From Eledone cirrhosa (lineage: Eukaryota), in NCBI GenBank assembly GCA_964016885.1, contig OZ024741.1, positions 130,014,001 to 130,078,000 of the forward strand: 64,000 nt of DNA, in the 5' to 3' direction. The position numbers were made by a program, and so were the translations under genes. This document shows, piece after piece, positions 45,428 to 56,700 of the stretch (position 1 is the stretch's first letter; every line of letters begins with the position of its first letter). The notes below the pieces were generated by a model. That model was not told the DNA's origin and searched no databases. It saw only the letters and a program-made list of their open reading frames with translations.

Positions 45428-47524
45428 TTACCGTACTTTTGGTAGAGGAGGGATGGTTTTTACATCCCTTTTCACTTGATCGTCTGGTGAAGGGACCGTT
45501 GAATCGTCCCTTCGGCTGGTCGTCGGCTCTTCTAAGAGAATGTCTGAGTATACTCTTCGATTGATGGTTCCTCCTAGGTCCCTGAAATCACCAACTGCGT
45601 TGGGGAATTTCGTTTTAATATTTGTGTATTGTTTCTGTGCTATTTTTAGCAGTCTTATGTTAGTTGGCGTTTTGATTGGTGCTGGTATTATGTAGTCCTG
45701 TTGTGAAATGTCTGTGTGTTCAATTATGTAAGTCATTAGTTTCTTGTTGTGTGTATTTATTGCCGTGCATTTGTTTTTCTGGGGGTGGGGTGTGGTTCTG
45801 CTATTTTCTTGTCGTTGTTGCTGGGTGTGTGTGTTTTGTTGTTGTGTTTGCGATGTTGGTGCTTGTGGTGGTGGTGTTGAAGGTGTTGTTGGCGGTGGGG
45901 TTGTCGCCGGTGGTGATGGTGGCGCTAGTGTGGGTGGTGATGGTGTTGGTGTTGTTGCTGCTGTGGGTCTCTTTGCAGTAGACTTTACCCTTTTCTCATT
46001 TCTTTCCTCCCTTTTCAAAGGCGACGATGCGCTGCTTCTGCGTTTGTGCCTTCTTACGACCTTTTGCCATCTCTCTCCCACCTCACACTCCATGTCTGAT
46101 TCTGTGAGGTCGGGGAGGGGTACCAACTCCACTCTTTCACTTGTTGTTGTTGGTGATGTTTGCACTGGAGTCTCTGTTGCAGCTGCATTTGGTATTGCTG
46201 TTGTTGTTGTTAGTATTTCCACTGCTGCTGCTGTTTTTGATTTCCGTGGAGTGGGTATGGGTGCCACGGGCCTATCGTTCCTGGTTGCCGCTTGTCCTGT
46301 TGCTGGTAGCCGTGGAGCCGGATTCGGAAGGAGGGGGGTTTTCTCCTTTCTCAGGGTCTTCTCGTTGCAGAAGGCCCTGAGGTGAGTCTTCGATCCACAG
46401 CGAAAGCATTTCGGGCGTTTGCCCTCAACACTTATGGGCAGTTGAGTGCCGTTATCGAAGTCTATCACATCCGGGATAGCTTCGATGCACTCCTGGTTGG
46501 TTTGGATTAGCATCTCAATGGAGGAGCCGACCCAATCTTCTCTTACTTTTTTCTGTACTTGCAGTACAGTTGTTTTGTCCTCGATTCCGACGAGGACAGA
46601 CGCGGCCAGCCAAGAAGGGGTCATTCCGGGGGGGACGTGGGTCAGTTTGACCCTCACAATTTTTTGCCCACAGTAGGAGGGCACCAACACCATTTCCTCG
46701 CTCCTTAGGGTCACTACTGATTGGGCCTTTGCCTCCTGGGGTGTGGCAAAAAGTACGTCTACGGTGGCATATTTTTTGCCTCGGGTGATGTGCGTTTTCC
46801 GCTGCCACACAGACCCCAAGGCTTTTTGTATTTGGGCCTCTGTGGCTCTTTCCACCCTACGGGATTTTGTACTTACTGTACGGTACGTGACCGTACAGTG
46901 CTCTTGGGTTTCGAAAAAATTTTTCGCTGCCTTGCAGATTGCTCGGTGTCCGTTCTTTGTCACCATCTTCTTCGCTTCCTCTAATTCCTCATTTGTTATG
47001 AGGATTGTTTCCAAGTTTTTCGCAATACCTGCAAATGAGATTGGTTTTTCTCTGCTGTTGTTGTTGTCGTCAGAGCTGCTGGTACTTTTGTTGTTGCTGC
47101 AGGTACTACGACTACTGCTTCCGCCGCTGTTGCTGTGGTTGTTGTTGGTGTTGCTGCTGCTAATGCTGTTGTTGTTTATGCTGCTGGTGATGCTGTTGCG
47201 GCTGCTACTGTTGTTTTCATTGTCACTGTTGCTGTTGTTATTACGGCTGCTACTGCTATTATTCCTGACGTCAGACGAATGAAGTGGGTTTTCGTATTTC
47301 CCGCACACCTGTTTCGTCGCTGTCGTCGTCGTCGTGGAGAAACCTTGCACGCTTTGCACGAGACTTTTCTTTTCTTTCGTCACTTGCGAAAGAGAAGGGA
47401 GGGAGAGAGACACATTTAAAGAAGGGAGGGAGAGAGACAATCTTCTCTCTGCTGTAGTGATGATTGAGGAAGAAGAAGACGGAATGAGTGGGAGTGACGT
47501 ATGAAATTTCTTTTTCGTAGCCAT
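45428..47524 (-). CDS. ORF1 type A: gag-like nucleic-acid-binding protein with CCHC knuckle
   Basis: 698-aa ORF upstream of ORF2; CFRCGSKTHLRAFC fits CX2CX4HX4C; S/N-rich N-terminus and P/T-rich linker. Confidence 0.9.
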   Translation of the reverse strand: MATKKKFHTSLPLIPSSSSSIITTAERRLSLSLPSLNVSLSLPSLSQVTKEKKSLVQSVQGFSTTTTTATKQVCGKYENPLHSSDVRNNSSSSRNNNSNSDNENNSSSRNSITSSINNNSISSSNTNNNHSNSGGSSSRSTCSNNKSTSSSDDNNNSREKPISFAGIAKNLETILITNEELEEAKKMVTKNGHRAICKAAKNFFETQEHCTVTYRTVSTKSRRVERATEAQIQKALGSVWQRKTHITRGKKYATVDVLFATPQEAKAQSVVTLRSEEMVLVPSYCGQKIVRVKLTHVPPGMTPSWLAASVLVGIEDKTTVLQVQKKVREDWVGSSIEMLIQTNQECIEAIPDVIDFDNGTQLPISVEGKRPKCFRCGSKTHLRAFCNEKTLRKEKTPLLPNPAPRLPATGQAATRNDRPVAPIPTPRKSKTAAAVEILTTTTAIPNAAATETPVQTSPTTTSERVELVPLPDLTESDMECEVGERWQKVVRRHKRRSSASSPLKREERNEKRVKSTAKRPTAATTPTPSPPTLAPPSPPATTPPPTTPSTPPPQAPTSQTQQQNTHTQQQRQENSRTTPHPQKNKCTAINTHNKKLMTYIIEHTDISQQDYIIPAPIKTPTNIRLLKIAQKQYTNIKTKFPNAVGDFRDLGGTINRRVYSDILLEEPTTSRRDDSTVPSPDDQVKRDVKTIPPLPKVR

Positions 47525-48002
47525 GTTGTTTTTTGTTTAAAATGAATATTGGGTACAAAACCCCAATAACCGGTTATTTAGCCCCGAAGGGCCAAATAAC
47601 GGACAGAAAGACCCCTCTCACGAGGAGGAGGGTGTCTTTATCAACAATTTGGTTCAAGTTTTAAACAATTTACAATTGTTTTAACGGTTAAAAATTACTA
47701 TACCTTACAGAGCCGAGCCTCCGTCAACCATGGCATTCAATAATAATAATAATAATAATGTTTTCTTTATTAACCACAAGGGTTCACATAAAGTAGACAT
47801 TAAGGACAGTACAGGACAATACAGGACGGTACAAATGGGCATTTCTGCGTGTAAAAAAACAGAGGTTGAAATAAAATAACAAAGAAAAATTCCCCAATAG
47901 GGGGGAGACTTCCAAGGGACATTTGTGGAGAAAGCCCATTAAAAGACCACAGTGGCCCTGACCACCAGGGCAAGTGCCCTCTCCCAGTTTTCCACCTTTA
48001 AT

Positions 48003-51000
48003 TTACAGACACATACTCAGAGAAGGCCCATTCATTCGGGCCATACTTGCTTCTCTCACCCATCTTTCAACAAAATGCTGGGAAGAGAGCACTTCCCTCT
48101 CTACCCTGATTTTCCTTTTCAAATGAAATTTGAAAAAGTTAATCAGGGCATCACCGAAGAGGTAAGTGCTCGTCTTCAGCCCTTTCAAACGTGTCCACCA
48201 TACTATCTCTTTCGCCATGGCCACCAGACAGATAAAAACTGCCTGCCCTTCCAGGCTAAAGGAAGGGGGCGGGGCAATCCTCACGATGGACTCAGCTGAT
48301 AGCTGGATCCGTCCTAAACGTGACAGCAGGTGTTCGACATAAACCCACAAGTCAGCAATGCTCGGACACTGGACGAGTGCGTGCAGGACGGTTTCGTCGC
48401 CCTGCGCGCATCTCGGACATGCCCGGCTGACGGCACCTCCATGCCTGTAGAGTTTATCCCGAACTGGCAAAGCTCCTCGGTAGAACTGCCAGGCCAGGGA
48501 TTTCTGGAAGTTGTCCATAGGCCCCGGCCCGAAAGTCCTTCCGAAGAGATTGGCTAGTTGATTTTCGTCGACGCCTAGAGTTTCTCCAAGTACGTCGTCG
48601 CTCTTCCCCTCCACTAATCCCCTATAGAACGCCAAGGTGGAGTTTCCACCGATCACATTGCCCGATTGGTCGAGGGCTGTGAGCGCCTGAAGACATTCCA
48701 GTCTCCAAGCGCTCCCTCTCGGTCTTCGCTTGACCCAGGACTGCAGCTCCGTCAAGGAGACGAGCTGGGGAAAAACGTGTCTTGCAAACGGCGACCACAC
48801 CTGATCACCGTCGAGGAAGAGGTGGAGATGTCGTAGCCTGAGCGCGTGTCTGCGCATCATCAGCCACGGCATGCCCAGCCCTCCACGTAGCGGGTGTTGA
48901 CAGCAGATGGACCGCCTGACCATCGGAGCGCGTCCCTTCCACAAGAAGCGAAAGAGCAAACGCTCCAGCGCAGTCAGGCGGGGCTTAGGACAAGGTACGA
49001 CGGTCAGGCGGTAGTAGATGACGGATGCGATGTACGCATTCGCCACCTCCGCTCGACCTTTCAGGGATAGCTTCCTCTCGGCCCATTTCTGGGTGAGAGA
49101 AGCCACCCTGCTCGTCACCTCGTCCCAGTTTTTGTCCGTCTGGAGGTCTGGACCGAACCAGACCCCTAGCAATTTAACCGGTCCGTCCGTCCAGCGCCCG
49201 ACGACGCTCTTGGACGGCATGGACCTGCCTCTCCAGGTGCCGAGCTGCAGGCCCACTGACTTTTCCTGGTTGATCATTGCTCCTGTCACCGCTTCGTATT
49301 CTCTTAGTGTAGTGCCGATCGCCTCGATGTGTTTGGCGTTCGACACCACTACGGTGACATCGTCGGCATATGCTGACACGGATCTTCCGCATCCTAGTTC
49401 GCGCGGGACCCCCCTCAAAGTCTCCAGTTTGTGCAGTAATGGCTCGAGAGTCAATACGTACAATAGGGACGAGAGGGGACATCCTTGGCGGACCGAGCGC
49501 ATGATGTTGAACGGTTCCGAAAGGTGACCGTTCACTCTCACTACAGAGCAGATGTCGCTATGCATGGCAGCGATCCAGCCTCTGAAGACGGGCCCAAAGC
49601 CAGCCGCCCTCAGGACTGCCGTTAGGTAACGATGGTCGACCCTATCGAAGGCTTTCGACTGATCTAAATTGATCAAAGACCCACCCGTTCCAGGTTCCCT
49701 AGCTACCCTCTCTACGATGTATCGCATGAGGTGGAGGTTGTCGTGGATGGATCTGTCGGGAATGGCGCATGTCTGTGCCTCTCCCACCAGACCACCAACG
49801 ACAAGCGCCAACCTCTTTGCTAGCACCTTGGCCAAAATCTTGAACTCTGTGTTTAGCAGAGTTATGGGCCTAAAATTATCTATGTTATCCCCCTTGTTCG
49901 GATCCTTTCTCAGCAGTGCCACCGCTCCTCGGCTCACAGAGCTGGGAATTCTCCCGTTCTGTTGCCAGTTGCAGTAGACGTCCGCCAAGAGGCCTCCGAA
50001 CAAGTTTGGCATTTGTACGTAAAGTTCATAGGGCAGACCATCCAAACCAGGCGATTTACCCCTTGTGCAACTAGTCATTGCATCCCGTACTTCAGCGGTT
50101 GTTATCGGCTTTTCGCAACACTCCGCCTCAGTGGCCGAAAGCCGCGGCAGTCCGTCGAGGTAGACACTAAAGTCCATCCCTCGATCCGGCCCGCCACTGC
50201 CCCCGAACAGTTGAGCGAAGTGTCGCTGAAAAGCTTCACACATTTGCCCGGGATCGAGTAGCATGCGCCCGTCGTGGTCCACCAAAGACCGGATCGTGGC
50301 TTTGTTGCCACGACGCGCCTCCGCCACTCGGGCCCATTGAACGGCTTTCGTACCCTCGTGTCTGAGAGAACGCACCCTAGCTCTGACAACGCAGCCTTCG
50401 TGCTTTGCATTGAAGAATTGGTCAAGGGCCAATTTCGCCGCAAGTACGTCGGTCGCGATGCCTTTGCTAAGCGCCTCATCTAATTTTCTAACTAATTCTC
50501 CCTCTGCTCTATTTTTCTCTATTGCTAAAGTCTTACTAAACCTAATGAACTCTATTCTAATTGCTCTTTTCAGAGCAAACCACCACTTGTTGTTGACGAT
50601 GGCCCCCGTCAACGCCCGCTTAACTAGTTCGCTAATCCGGTCTCTGTAGGCCTTGCGCGCTGGTAAGGACGCGTTTAGCTTCCAGTAGCCGGGTCCTTGT
50701 CTATGAAGCCTATCTAAGTCAAGTACACAGATCACGAATTTGTGGTCCGTGTAGCTGACTATCTTGAATTGTGGACAGCCTATGCTAGACCTATCTATTT
50801 CCCTACAAAATACTCTATCTAGATATGATCTGGATGACCCTATGCGATTTGTCCAAGTCCACATTGGTACATTCGGGAAATCCATTCGGTACCTGTCAGA
50901 CAGTTCAAAACGTCTGAGCAGGTTAGTGAGACTCTTGCACCCTCCTTCCCTATCCACTAATCCCACACAATCCCAGCGTGCATCTAAGATCCCGTTCCAG

Positions 51001-51422
51001 TCGCCCACTAACACTAAAGAGCGGGACGTTCCAAGAAAGGTCTCCAGACGCCGGAAGAAATCAGGCCGCCCTGCTCCTGTCGGGGCATAGACGGCCACTA
51101 ACCTGAAAGCTTGCCCGTCTCCGCTGGTCACGTCCAGCACCACCAACTTACCTTCTGGGTCCAGGAAGATGGCCCGTATGGCAAGATCCAAACCTCTCCG
51201 AAAAAGCACAGCAACTCCTCCCCCCGATCCCGGACGGCTGGGAGATGCGTACACATCGTAGCCGCCGAAGATCGGTGCGAAAGCCTGTGCTTCGAAGATT
51301 CTGGTCTCGCTGATGGCCACTACATCTATGTTTAGTGACCTGAGGTCGTTGAGCAGGTGGCCCTGCTTCCATGACGACCCCAAGCCACGCGCATTTATGC
51401 TGCCTATTCTGAGTGAGGTCAT
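48003..51422 (-). CDS. ORF2 APE-RT, copy 2
   Basis: 1139-aa open frame, near-identical to copy 1, catalytic motifs retained. Confidence 0.95.
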   Translation of the reverse strand: MTSLRIGSINARGLGSSWKQGHLLNDLRSLNIDVVAISETRIFEAQAFAPIFGGYDVYASPSRPGSGGGVAVLFRRGLDLAIRAIFLDPEGKLVVLDVTSGDGQAFRLVAVYAPTGAGRPDFFRRLETFLGTSRSLVLVGDWNGILDARWDCVGLVDREGGCKSLTNLLRRFELSDRYRMDFPNVPMWTWTNRIGSSRSYLDRVFCREIDRSSIGCPQFKIVSYTDHKFVICVLDLDRLHRQGPGYWKLNASLPARKAYRDRISELVKRALTGAIVNNKWWFALKRAIRIEFIRFSKTLAIEKNRAEGELVRKLDEALSKGIATDVLAAKLALDQFFNAKHEGCVVRARVRSLRHEGTKAVQWARVAEARRGNKATIRSLVDHDGRMLLDPGQMCEAFQRHFAQLFGGSGGPDRGMDFSVYLDGLPRLSATEAECCEKPITTAEVRDAMTSCTRGKSPGLDGLPYELYVQMPNLFGGLLADVYCNWQQNGRIPSSVSRGAVALLRKDPNKGDNIDNFRPITLLNTEFKILAKVLAKRLALVVGGLVGEAQTCAIPDRSIHDNLHLMRYIVERVAREPGTGGSLINLDQSKAFDRVDHRYLTAVLRAAGFGPVFRGWIAAMHSDICSVVRVNGHLSEPFNIMRSVRQGCPLSSLLYVLTLEPLLHKLETLRGVPRELGCGRSVSAYADDVTVVVSNAKHIEAIGTTLREYEAVTGAMINQEKSVGLQLGTWRGRSMPSKSVVGRWTDGPVKLLGVWFGPDLQTDKNWDEVTSRVASLTQKWAERKLSLKGRAEVANAYIASVIYYRLTVVPCPKPRLTALERLLFRFLWKGRAPMVRRSICCQHPLRGGLGMPWLMMRRHALRLRHLHLFLDGDQVWSPFARHVFPQLVSLTELQSWVKRRPRGSAWRLECLQALTALDQSGNVIGGNSTLAFYRGLVEGKSDDVLGETLGVDENQLANLFGRTFGPGPMDNFQKSLAWQFYRGALPVRDKLYRHGGAVSRACPRCAQGDETVLHALVQCPSIADLWVYVEHLLSRLGRIQLSAESIVRIAPPPSFSLEGQAVFICLVAMAKEIVWWTRLKGLKTSTYLFGDALINFFKFHLKRKIRVEREVLSSQHFVERWVREASMARMNGPSLSMCL

Positions 51423-51456
51423 GTTGAAAAGGAGTGGAAAAGATGGGAAAGACCAC

Positions 51457-53440
51457 TTACCTTACTTCTCGTAGGGGAAGGACGGTTTTTCCATCCTTTT
51501 CACTGCTTGTGGCCTCCTCAGGAAGGATGTCCTTATAAATCCTCCTGGAGAGTGCTTGTCGGAAGTCTCCGATGTCTTTGGGGAATTTTTGTTTTAGTGT
51601 CATGTACCTTTTCTGTGTGATGCGAGTGATTTGTATGTGGGGAGGTGGTGTGAATTTTGGGGTTGTTGTGTAGTCTTTTTCTGTGATGCTGGTGTTGTGT
51701 TGGATGTAGTGCAATAATTGCTTGTTGTTCAAATTTAATGCTGTGTAGTGTGTATCGTTTTGGTTGTTTTGTTTTGTTTGCGTTTGTTGTGGGTTTGTTT
51801 CTGTTTCGCATTTTGGTGACTTTTGTGGTGTAGGTGATGGTGGTGTTGGAGTTAATGATGGTGATGGTGTTGGTGTTTGGGTTGATGGGGTTGGTGATGC
51901 TGGTGTGGATGGTGGCATATCTGTCCTAACTTTTTTGTTTCTTAGTTTATTTGTTTCCCTCTGTATTTTGTTTTTGGAGGGGGAAGGAAGAGAATGTTTT
52001 CTTTTTTGGTTTCTTTTTTTTTTTCCGGATATCGTTTCCCACTTCTCGTCGTCACAATCTGTCTCCAGTTGTGATAGGCCGGGGAGTGGAAAATCCTCCA
52101 CAGCCGTTAGTTTTGGTTGTGGTGTGGTGGATGGTGTAGGCGCTGGTGCTAGTTCTGAAGCGTTGGGTGGTGGTGGTGTTCGTTTTGCTGGTGGTGGTAG
52201 TGGTGTTGGTTTTGCTACTGTTGCTGGGGTTGTTGCTGTTATAGTTGCTTCTGTTGTTGCTGCTACAGTTGTTGCTGTCATCTCTGCTACTGGTGGTGTT
52301 GATGGTTGTGTCACTGGGGTGGGTAGGAGAGGTGGCCTCAACCTTTTAGCCTGAGGGCAGAAAGCCCTTAGGTGGGTTCCTTCACCACAAACGACACACC
52401 TAGGTCTTCTGCCCTCGACAATTACCGTGAGGTGGCTGCCGTCAGTGAGGTCTATTACCTCTGGGATCTCCTCAATGCTTTTTTAGTCCGCTTGGATCAG
52501 GAGCTCCATCCAAGATCCGGACCAGTTTTCCTGCTTTTCTTTTGCTATTGTTATTATTTTCGTGTTGGCCTCGATGCCGGCGATGACAGCCGCTATTAGC
52601 CAGGGAATTTCGATGGCCGGTGGAACGTGGGTCACCCTGATCTTTACGAGTCTCTGGCCACAATAGCTTGGGACGAGTGTGAAGTCGTCACTTTTTAATG
52701 GGGCCATGGAGTGTTCTCTAGCCTCCTCTGGTGTTTCAAAGAACACATCCACGGTTCCATACTTTTGCCCACGTCTGATGTGGGTTTTTCTTGCCCACAC
52801 ATGTCCCAAAGCTTTTTGGATTTGTGACTCGGATGCCCGTTCCACTCGGCGCGATTTCACATTTATTGTTCTATACGACACGGTGCACAGGCGCCGATGC
52901 TCCATTTTATTAGGTGGGGGGGGTGAGGCTGACCCTGTACCCATCTTTCTTTACCATTTGTTTGGCATTTTCTAAATCTTCTTGAGTTACCGTGAACGCT
53001 TCGAATTGTTTTGCTACGATGGCGAAACTGAGGGTCGGTTTTATAATGTCATTGTTGTTGTTGTTGCTATCGTTAATATTAATTTTAGTTTCAGTTGTGG
53101 TGGTGACGTCAGTCGTCTTTGGTGGGGAAGAGTCCATTTTGCTTGATTTCATTTCGACGTCACGAGTTAATTTATTTTTTTCTTCTTTTGTTTCTGTTGT
53201 CGCGGTGGTGGTGGTGGTGGTGGTTGTCGCGGTGGTGGTGGTGGTGGAGGCTTTAACACCTGCTGTCATTGGTAATGGCGGGAAATGAATGTCTGCCTGA
53301 GACAAATTTAAAATATTGCTACTGCTTATATTTTTTTTTGTGTTGGCAAACGTAGTAACATTTACAATGGTGGTGTCGGTGTGAGGTGTTATTTTGTGAG
53401 GAAGGCTTTCAGCTGCTTCGTGCAGAGGGGAATTAGCCAT
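51457..53440 (-). pseudogene. ORF1 type B, disrupted
   Basis: Three ORF pieces (52910-53440, 52483-52944, 51457-52341); frameshift near the G-run at ~52915 and an in-frame TAA at 52483-52485; knuckle CVVCGEGTHLRAFC at ~52355-52397; homologous to but clearly diverged from type A. Confidence 0.85.
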
Positions 53441-53720
53441 TTTTTTTCAAAGAAATTTTTGGATAATAATGATTTCTTTATTAACCACAAGGGTTTACAT
53501 AAAGTAGACATTAAGGACAGTGCAGGACAATGCAGGACGGTACAAATGGGCATTTCTGCGTGTAAAAAACAAAAACAGAGGATGTAACAAAAAATAACAA
53601 TGAAAAATTCCCCAATAGGGGGCAGACTTCGGAGGGACATTTGTGGAGAAAGCCCAGTAAAAAGCCACAATGACCCTGACCACCAAGGCAAGTGCCCTCT
53701 CCCAGTTTTCCACCTTTAAT

Positions 53721-56700
53721 TTACAGATATATACTCAGAGTAGGCCCATTCACTCGGGCCATTCTTGCTTCTCTCACCCATCTTTCAACAAAATGCTGGG
53801 AAGAGAGCACTTCCCTCTCTACTCTGATTTTCCTTTTCAAATGAAATTTGAAAAAGTCAATCAGAGCATCACCAAAGAGGTAAGTGCTCGTCTTCAGCCC
53901 TTTCAAACGTGTCCACCATACTATCTCTTTCACCATGGCCACCAGGCAGATAAAAACTGCCTGCCCTTCCCGGCTAAAGGAAGAGGGCGGGGCAATCCTC
54001 ACGATGGACTCAGATGATAGCCGGATCCGTCCTAAACGCGACAGCAGGTGTTCGACATAAACCCACAAGTCAGCAATTTTCGGACACTGGACGAGTGCGT
54101 GCAGGACGGTTTCGTCGCCCTGCGCGCATCTCGGACATGCCCGGCTGACGGCACCTCCATGCCTGTAGAGTTTATCCCGAACTGGCAAGGCTCCTCGGTA
54201 GCACTGCCAGGCCAGAGATTTCTGGAAGTTGTCCATAGGCCCTGGCCCGAAAGTTCTTCCGAAGAGATTGGCTAGTTGATTTTCGTCGACGCCTAGAGTT
54301 TCTCCAAGTACGTCGTCGCTCTTCCCCTCCACTAATCCTCTATAGAACGCCGAGGTGGAGTTTCCACCGATCACATTGCCCGATTGGTCGAGGGCTGTGA
54401 GCGCCTGAAAACATTCCAGTCTCCAGGCGCTCCCTCTCGGTCTTCGCTTGACCCAGGACTGCAGCTCCGTCAAGGAAACGAGCTGGGGAAAAACGCGTCT
54501 AGCAAACGGCGACCACACCTGATCACCGTCGAGGAAGAGGTGGAGATGTCGTAGCCTGAGCGCGTGCCTGCGCATCATCAGCCACGGCATGCCCAGCCCT
54601 CCACGTAGCGGGTGTTGACAACAGATGTACCGCCTGACCATCGGAGCACGTCCCTTCCACAAAAAGCGAAAGAGCAAACGCTCCAGCGCAGTCAGGCGAG
54701 GCTTAGGACAAGGTACGACGGTTAGGCGGTAGCAGATGACAGACGCGATGTACGCGTTAGCCACCTCCGCTCGACCTTTCAGGGATAGCTTCCTCTCGGC
54801 CCATTTCTGGGTGAGAGAAGCCACCCTGCTCGTCACCTCGTCCCAGTTTTTGTCCGTCTGGAGGTCCGGACCGAACCAGACCCCTAGCAATTTAACCGGT
54901 CCGTCCGTCCAGCGTCCGACGACGCTGTTGGACGGCATGGACCTGCCTCTCCAGGTGCCGAGCTGCAGGCCCACTGACTTTTCCTGGTTGATCATTGCTC
55001 CTGTCACCGCTTCGTATTCTCTTAGTGTAGTGCCGATCGCCTCGATGTGTTTGGCGTTCGACACCACTACGGTGACATCGTCCGCATATGCTGATACGGA
55101 TCTTCCGCATCCTAGTTCGCGCGGGACCCCCCTCAACGTCTCCAGTTTGTGCAGTAATGGCTCGAGAGTCAATACGTACAAGAGGGACGAGAGGGGACAT
55201 CCTTGGCGGACCGAGCGCATGATGTTGAACGGTTCCGACAGGTGACCGTTCACTCTCACCACAGAGCAGATGTCGCTGTGCATGGCAGCGATCCAGCCTC
55301 TGAAGACGGGCCCAAAGCCAGCCGCCCTCAGGACTGCCGCTAGGTAACGATGGTCGACCCTATCGAAAGCTTTCGACTGATCTAAATTGATCAAGGACCC
55401 ACCCGTGCCAGGTTCCCTAGCTACCCTCTCTACGATGTATCGCATGAGGTGGAGGTTGTCGTGGATGGATCTGTCGGGAATGGCGCATGTCTGCGCCTCT
55501 CCCACCAGACCACCAACGACAAGCGCCAACCTCTTTGCTAGCACCTTGGCCAAAATCTTAAACTCTGTGTTTAGCAGAGTTATGGGCCGGAAATTTTCTA
55601 TGTTATCCCCCTTGTTCGGATCCTTTCTCAGCAGTGCCACCGCTCCTCGGCTCACAGAACTGGGAATTCTCCCGTTCTGTTGCCAGTTGCAGTAGACGTC
55701 CGCCAAGAGGCCTCCGAACAAGTTTGGCATTTGTACGTAAAGTTCATAGGGCAGACCATCCAAACCAGGCGATTTACCCCTTGTGCAACTAGTCATTGCA
55801 TCCCGTACTTCAGCGGTTGTTATCGGCTTTTCGCAACACTCCGCCTCAGTGGCCGAAAGCCGCGGCAGTCCGTCGAGGTAGACACTAAAGTCCATCCCTC
55901 GATCCGGCCCGCCACTGCCCCCGAACAGTTGAGCGAAGTGTCGCTGAAAAGCTTCACACATTTGCCCGGGATCGAGTAGCATGCGCCCGTCGTGGTCCAC
56001 CAAAGACCGGATCGTGGCTTTGTTGCCACGACGCGCCTCCGCCACTCGGGCCCATTGAACGGCTTTCGTCCCCTCGTGTCTGAGAGCACGCACCCTTGCT
56101 CTGACAACGCAGCCTTCGTGCTTTGCATTGAAGAATTGGTCAAGGGCCAATTTCGCCGCAAGCACGTCGGTCGCAATGCCTTTGCTAAGCGCCTCGTCTA
56201 ATTTTCTAACTAGTTCTCCCTCTGCTCTATTTTTCTCTATTGCTAAAGCCTTACTAAATCTAATCGATTCTATTCTAATCGCTCTTTTCAGAGCAAACCA
56301 CCACTTGTTTTTGACGATGGCCCCCGTCAACGCCCGCTTAACTAGTTCGCTAATCCGGTCTCTGTAGGCCTTGCGCGCTGGTAAGGACGCGTTTAGCTTC
56401 CAGTAGCCGGGTCCTCGTCTATGAAGCCTATCTAAGTCAAGCACACAGGTCACGAATTTGTGGTCCGTGTAGCTGACTATCTTGAATTGTGGACAGCCTA
56501 TGCTAGACCTATCTATTTCCCTACAAAATACTCTATCTAGATATGATCTGGATGACCCTATGCGGTTTGTCCAAGTCCACATTGGCACATTCGGGAAATC
56601 CAATCGGTACCTGTCAGACAGTTCAAAACGCCTGAGCAGGTTGGTGAGGCTCTTGCACCCTCCACCCCTATCCGCTAATCCCACACAGTCCCAGCGTGCA

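Larger units (their letters stand above)
41664..47738 (-). mobile_element. Full-length L1/Tx1-like non-LTR retrotransposon, copy 1 (both ORFs open)
   Basis: 5'UTR of about 215 nt, 698-aa ORF1, 1139-aa ORF2, 3'UTR with AATAAA followed by a (TTA)n tail at ~41664-41708. Confidence 0.93.
47739..53462 (-). mobile_element. L1/Tx1-like retrotransposon, copy 2 (divergent ORF1, only ~20 nt of 5'UTR)
   Basis: Same 3'UTR, tail and ORF2 family as copy 1; the tail of copy 3 abuts ~20 nt upstream of the ORF1 ATG at 53440. Confidence 0.9.

Noticed and set aside
47700-47738. Spliced-leader RNA-like mini-exon at the LINE 5' end
   Set aside because: Only a donor-like site supports it; no clear Sm site or matching SL sequence recognised.
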